Below are positions 59,458 to 64,000 of a stretch of DNA of 64,000 nucleotides, piece by piece. Numbering within the stretch: the first letter of the stretch is position 1; each line of letters begins with the position of its first letter. Origin of the DNA: Polyangiales bacterium (GTDB taxonomy: Bacteria > Myxococcota_A > Polyangia > Polyangiales > Polyangiaceae). The translations under genes were made by a program, and so were the position numbers. The notes below the pieces were generated by a model. The model was not told where the DNA came from, made no database searches, and saw only the letters and a list, made by a program, of their open reading frames with translations. The stretch spans positions 1 to 64,000 of the forward strand of contig JBBRNJ010000034.1 of assembly GCA_038230375.1 (NCBI GenBank), written 5' to 3'.

Positions 59458-61299
59458 ATGAACACGATCCTTCGATCCGTCACTCTCTGCTCTCTCGTTG
59501 CCGCAGCTGCATGTGGTGGACAGGAGCAGGCCGCGCCGGCAGGTGCGCCAGTCCAGCCAGGCGTCGCGCGCCCGCCGCCCCAGGCCCCGCCGCAGTACCC
59601 GCAGTACCAGGCTGCACCGCCGCCCGCCGCGTTCAACCATCCGGGGTTCGTCTACTACAACGGGCCGCAGCCGCAGGCTCCCGCGCCCATCACGATGCCG
59701 GCCGCGCAGGGGCGCGTGGATGTGCAGAACGTCAACTACCTGCGGCAAGCATCCGTACAGCAGCGTCGCTGCAACCTCCCGCACGAGGTCGCGGACGGCG
59801 TGTTCGTGCATGTGGACTGCTACCCGTACCGTCGCATCCCGATCGCCGTGAAGCACGCCACGCCCGCGAAGCTGGCGATGATGCAGCGCGGTCACGTGCG
59901 CTGGAACCCCGCCGCGCGCATGCCCCAGGCAAGCAAGAGCACGCAAGGGCCGCGCTTCATCCCTGGCGGTGGCCCCAGCAACACCACCGTTCGCGGCGGA
60001 GCACCTGCGGGCGCGATGACGGTCGGCGCAGAGGGCTCCGATCTCGGCGGCGGCGCCGTGCGCGCGTCCGATGCGCCCCAAGCTTTTCCCGACGCAGTGG
60101 ATCATCGACTGAGTGGCACGGAAGGTCCGATCAAGGATCAAGGCGACGTCGGCAACTGCACTGCGTTCGCGCTGTCGGCGGTGCTGGACAACTCGCTCCG
60201 TCGCGCCGGTCAGAACGTCACCACGTCACCCGAGCACGTGTGGGCGCACTACGGCGTACCCACCATGGAGGACGCCGCGACCGGCAACGTGAACCGTGGC
60301 ATCACCACGTTCGAGGCCTGGCCGTACAGCGGGCGCGAGGCGTGCGAGCTCTCGAAGGACTCCATGGACGATTGCGGCGCGGCGTACAACGTCATGCCGA
60401 ACACGGCGACGCGCGACGCGGCCCTGCAGCAGCACTATCAGACGGCCGAGGCGTCGAACGGTCACAAGGTCATCTCGTACGAGGAGCTCTCGGTCGCGCC
60501 CGTGAACGTGGACGAGATCGTCGCCACGCTGGCGAGCGGCGCGGACCTGTGGGTCGCGTTCCACATCGACTCCACGTCGTGGGTGAACCGCAAGATGCAG
60601 AACTTCGTCATCCCGGACTGGTCCACGCCAGACGGTGGTCACGCGGTGGCGCTCTCGGGTTATCGCAACACGCCGCAGGGCAAGCAGTTCCTCATCCACA
60701 ACAGCTGGGGACCGCGATGGGGCGACGCTGGCTACGCGTGGGTGAGCCAGGCCATGGTGCAGAAATGGTTGCATCTTGCATATAAAGTTCGCACGGACGT
60801 GGACGGCACTGCGCAGCAGCCCGCGGTCGCACCGACGCCCGGAGTTCCCACTGCGCCGCCCGCGCCGCCCACGCCTCCCGCAAAGCCGAAGACGGACGAG
60901 GATTGCACCGGCGAGCAGGTGATGGACAGCGTGACCAGCACATGTGCCGTCATCTGCACCGATCAGTCGCGGCCCGCGAACGGTCAGTGTCCAAACGGTC
61001 CAGCGCCCGCGCCGACACCAGGCGCGCTCGCGCTGCCAGGCTTCCCGAACGGCTTCCCCGTGGTGCCAGGCTTCCCCGGCTTCCCGGGATGGCCGCCCGT
61101 GCCCGGCGCGCAGCCCGCTCCGAACGCCGCACCAAACGCACCGGCCAACACGCCCGCGCCGAACGCGCCCAATGGTCAGCCTGCGGCGCCGCCGGCAGCA
61201 GCGCCGTGGCCCATGCCCGCAGGTTGGCCCGCGCCGTGGCCCATGCCCAGCGGTCTGCCGCAGTTCTTCCCGCCTCCGCCGGCGCCGCAGAAGCAGTGA
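59458..61299 (+). CDS. Papain-family (C1) cysteine peptidase lipoprotein with Pro-rich flanks
   Basis: IKDQGDVGNCTAF (Gln, Cys), GGHAV (His), HNSWG..WGD.GY (Asn). Confidence 0.9.
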   Translation: MNTILRSVTLCSLVAAAACGGQEQAAPAGAPVQPGVARPPPQAPPQYPQYQAAPPPAAFNHPGFVYYNGPQPQAPAPITMPAAQGRVDVQNVNYLRQASVQQRRCNLPHEVADGVFVHVDCYPYRRIPIAVKHATPAKLAMMQRGHVRWNPAARMPQASKSTQGPRFIPGGGPSNTTVRGGAPAGAMTVGAEGSDLGGGAVRASDAPQAFPDAVDHRLSGTEGPIKDQGDVGNCTAFALSAVLDNSLRRAGQNVTTSPEHVWAHYGVPTMEDAATGNVNRGITTFEAWPYSGREACELSKDSMDDCGAAYNVMPNTATRDAALQQHYQTAEASNGHKVISYEELSVAPVNVDEIVATLASGADLWVAFHIDSTSWVNRKMQNFVIPDWSTPDGGHAVALSGYRNTPQGKQFLIHNSWGPRWGDAGYAWVSQAMVQKWLHLAYKVRTDVDGTAQQPAVAPTPGVPTAPPAPPTPPAKPKTDEDCTGEQVMDSVTSTCAVICTDQSRPANGQCPNGPAPAPTPGALALPGFPNGFPVVPGFPGFPGWPPVPGAQPAPNAAPNAPANTPAPNAPNGQPAAPPAAAPWPMPAGWPAPWPMPSGLPQFFPPPPAPQKQ

Positions 61300-62603
61300 G
61301 CAGACGTAGACACGTCGCGACTGCGTTTGGTTCAGTCGCGGCTGTCGTCGGGCTCGCGGCGGTCGTCACCCTTGCTGCGACAGCGAGCGCATGCGGGTCG
61401 TCGGACGCGGATCCACACGCGCCGTATCCGGGGTTCGCGTTCGATCTCCCACGCGTGGTGGACAAGGAAGGCCCGAAGCTCGCGCACGCGGACATGGTGG
61501 TGTTCATCGACCCGAACGATCCGCGGAAGCCCGCGATCGACCAGGTCCTGCCGCTCCTTGGGCCGAGCAAGACCTGGAGTGACGCGCTCGGGGAGTACGG
61601 CGTGGGCCCGCCGGGTGCGATCACGATGCTGCCGTTGCCGACCCTGCCGTCGTCGTTCGCGAGGGCCGACCTGGAAGCGGCAGTCGCGCAGTCCGTGCAT
61701 GATCTCCGCTTCAAGAACGCTGCGGGCGTCGCCGATGGAGGTGCGGACGCCGGCTCCTCGGTGACCACGAAGCACGCAGAGACGCTCTACATCGTGCTCC
61801 TGCCGCCCACCGCGACCGTCACGAACATGCCGTGCACCGAGATCCTTGGCTACCACACCAGCATCCTGGCCACGCCCACCGACGAGGTCCCGCTGGCGGT
61901 CGTCGAGGGCATCTGCACGGCAGCGGAAGACACGCTCTCCGCCGCCGCCAAGACGCTCGAATATCTCTCGCACGAGATCTTCGAGTCAGCGACGAATCCT
62001 TTTCCCGCCTCTGCGCCCGCGTGGTCCGCCGTCGACGACGGACACGCCGCGCGGAACGTGGGGCTGGGTGGCTTCTCGGAGATCGGCGATCTCTGCCTTG
62101 GACGGCCCGTTCCGCTCGACGGACTGCCGGTGCTCACGGTGGGCAACCACCAGGAGGTGCTCTCGCTCCAGGCCGCGTGGTCGAACCTCCGTGCTGCGGC
62201 AGGCAAGGACCCGTGTGGCGCGGAAGACGGTGTGCCGTTCTTCCTGCCCATGCCCGTGCTCACGGAGCAGGCGAAGTTGAACGCCGCCCTCACCGCGCCA
62301 GCCGTCACGATCGCAACGGGCGAGATGGCCATCGTCGACATTCGAGTCGCCAGCGATCGGCCCACCGGTGATCTCACCTTCTTTGCGTACGACGTTGCAT
62401 CCAAGATCTACCACCACGCCGAGGAGCTCACGTTCACTGTCGACCGCACCACGGCGCGCAATGGCGACGTCCTTCATCTCAGCATCACGCGCGCGCGGGC
62501 GCCCAGGTTGCCGACGCTGCTTCACGGCTCTGCGTTCGCGGTCGGCCTGAACGACGGCACGGGGCTCTCGCAGACCAGCTACGGGTTCGTCGCCGTCCCG
62601 TAG
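61296..62603 (+). CDS. Hypothetical lipoprotein with HExxE motif
   Basis: GTGA overlap; ASAC lipobox; LGEYGVG, GYH, SHEIFESATNP, EIGDLC, WSN. Confidence 0.72.
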   Translation: MSRRRHVATAFGSVAAVVGLAAVVTLAATASACGSSDADPHAPYPGFAFDLPRVVDKEGPKLAHADMVVFIDPNDPRKPAIDQVLPLLGPSKTWSDALGEYGVGPPGAITMLPLPTLPSSFARADLEAAVAQSVHDLRFKNAAGVADGGADAGSSVTTKHAETLYIVLLPPTATVTNMPCTEILGYHTSILATPTDEVPLAVVEGICTAAEDTLSAAAKTLEYLSHEIFESATNPFPASAPAWSAVDDGHAARNVGLGGFSEIGDLCLGRPVPLDGLPVLTVGNHQEVLSLQAAWSNLRAAAGKDPCGAEDGVPFFLPMPVLTEQAKLNAALTAPAVTIATGEMAIVDIRVASDRPTGDLTFFAYDVASKIYHHAEELTFTVDRTTARNGDVLHLSITRARAPRLPTLLHGSAFAVGLNDGTGLSQTSYGFVAVP

Positions 62604-62614
62604 CTCGTTGGCCT

Positions 62615-63055
62615 ATGCTCGAGCGCATGATCGCCCAGCTCAGCGCGTCACGCGCCCTCACCGCGCTCGCGTTCCTGGCCCTTGTCGGATGTCAGGGCGA
62701 GAAGGCGGGAGACCCGTGCGACAAGTTCTTCCAGAACACGTGCAAGTCGCCGCTCTCGTGCGTGGACATGGACGACAACAAGGTCTGCGCCGGCAGCTGC
62801 GAGTGGAGCATCGAGACAATGCCCCCACACAACACCTGCAAGGATCCGACGATGGAGCCCGCTGAGGTGCAATACATGCAAGGTACAACCAATATCGGAG
62901 GCGCAGGTTGCTACTGCCTACCGAAGAAAGGCGGAGCCCCGAAGCCAAGCGCAGCTCCAGCCGCAAGCACCGGCCCAGCCCGAAGCACTGCACCAGCCCC
63001 GAGCGCTGCACCAGCCCCCAGCGCCCATCCGCCAGCCGCACCGAAGAAGAAGTAG
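62615..63055 (+). CDS. Small Cys-rich lipoprotein with Pro/Ala tail
   Basis: LVGC lipobox, several Cys, PSAAPA repeats. Confidence 0.7.
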   Translation: MLERMIAQLSASRALTALAFLALVGCQGEKAGDPCDKFFQNTCKSPLSCVDMDDNKVCAGSCEWSIETMPPHNTCKDPTMEPAEVQYMQGTTNIGGAGCYCLPKKGGAPKPSAAPAASTGPARSTAPAPSAAPAPSAHPPAAPKKK

Positions 63056-63058
63056 AAG

Positions 63059-63170
63059 GTCGAAGTCGAGGTCGAAGTCGAGGTCGAAGTCGAGGTCGAG
63101 GTCGAAGTCGAGGTCGTCGTCGAAGTCGTCGTCGAAGTCGTCGTCGAAGTCGTCGTCGAAGTCGTCGTCG
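63059..63170 (+). repeat. Hexamer array (GTCGAA/GTCGAG/GTCGTC)x18 filling a convergent intergenic gap
   Basis: Nine GTCGAR units, then alternating GTCGTC/GTCGAA. It starts 3 bp after TAG (63055) and abuts the opposite stop (63171). Confidence 0.97.
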
Positions 63171-64000
63171 CTACTGCTTGCAGCCCGCCGTCGCGCGTTC
63201 CTTCACGTACCCCGCAAACGACGTCGTCATCGAACACAGCAGCCGGTTGCCCATCAGCGCGCTTCCCTCCGGACCAAAATGGATCCGGTCTCCGCCCATC
63301 AGGCCGCGCTTCGAGAACGGGATCGCGGAGGCGTCGCCGCCCATCGCTTCGCGGAAATCCCAGAAGGCCACGCCGGTCTCCTCTGCGACCTCGCGGAGCT
63401 GCTTGGTGAGCGCGATGATGCGCGGATCGCTCTTCTTCTCGTCACCGCGCACCGTGTCGCCTGGGGACATGATCAGGATCGGCACGTCGGGCTTTGCTGC
63501 GCGCAGCTGCGCGATCCAGTCCTTTGCGAACTCGCGGTTCGGGGGGACCCACATCACGTTTGCGCCCAGCCACACGAAGACCGCGTCGTAGTCGCGCTTC
63601 TTCAGCTGCTCGCGGCGCGTGTCGTCGGCGACCCACTTGAAGCGCTCGTAGTTCATGGCGCCGGTGCCGAGCGAGTCGATCTGGATGCCGGGCTTCCCCT
63701 TCTCGCCCGGGGAATCCAGTGACACGCCGTACCAGCGCACCTTGCCGTCGCCTCGCGCCACGCAGCGGAGCTCGTGCTCGCCCGCCTCCACGTCGAAGCT
63801 GGCGGTCGTGACGCCCCAGGCATCCGCCTTGGTGGAGATTGTCTGCACGTCCTTCTTGTCGATCTGCACCGTGAACGAGCCGCCGCCGGGACGAAGCGCG
63901 TAGTGCAATTCGAAGTGCGAGACCTTCTTGCCGACGACGCCTTTCGGGTCCTTGGATGTGCCGGCCCAGACCTGCATGCCCATCTCGCCCGTCTCCGACG
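63171..64000 (-). CDS. SGNH/GDSL hydrolase-family protein, C-terminal part (start outside window)
   Basis: DSLGTGA, WLGAN (block III), FWDFREAMGG, DRIHF (DxxH); resembles PatB-like O-acetyltransferases. Confidence 0.8.
   Translation of the reverse strand, partial: SETGEMGMQVWAGTSKDPKGVVGKKVSHFELHYALRPGGGSFTVQIDKKDVQTISTKADAWGVTTASFDVEAGEHELRCVARGDGKVRWYGVSLDSPGEKGKPGIQIDSLGTGAMNYERFKWVADDTRREQLKKRDYDAVFVWLGANVMWVPPNREFAKDWIAQLRAAKPDVPILIMSPGDTVRGDEKKSDPRIIALTKQLREVAEETGVAFWDFREAMGGDASAIPFSKRGLMGGDRIHFGPEGSALMGNRLLCSMTTSFAGYVKERATAGCKQ

Overview
High-GC chromosomal window that looks like a myxobacterium (Myxococcota, probably Polyangiaceae-like). This is inferred from the Ser/Thr kinases with PEGA domains, the many Cys-rich 'DGG/DAG' lipoproteins and the myxobacterial ferritin-like protein. 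It holds about 55 CDS. Housekeeping genes are rpsL-rpsG (terminated without fusA/tuf), prfC and trxA. There are many secreted hydrolases (phospholipase C family, S9 prolyl oligopeptidase, M28, S46, C1 papain, SGNH, L,D-transpeptidase-like) and signalling genes (two Ser/Thr kinases, two hybrid histidine kinases, CheB-CheR-PAS, GAF-GGDEF). A split transketolase and a DUF3570/DUF4266/thioredoxin cluster are also present. I saw no tRNA, rRNA, CRISPR array or transposase. Main observations: (1) a coupled three-gene module of a membrane-anchored DUF2760 protein with GrpE-like C-terminal motifs plus two atypical Hsp70s; (2) a dispersed family of TCGA-core hexamer arrays (GTCGAR/YTCGAC) that sit right after stop codons or are translated as linkers; (3) strong strand-asymmetric shifts in third-codon-position bases flanking several arrays (T-rich to the right, A-rich to the left); (4) a frameshift that fuses CheB-CheR to the next kinase, with a second frameshift 1.2 kb away; (5) an internally deleted ECF sigma pseudogene missed by the ORF track; (6) repeated 'echo' duplications of stop codons. 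All family assignments come from motifs recognised by eye; no searches were run.
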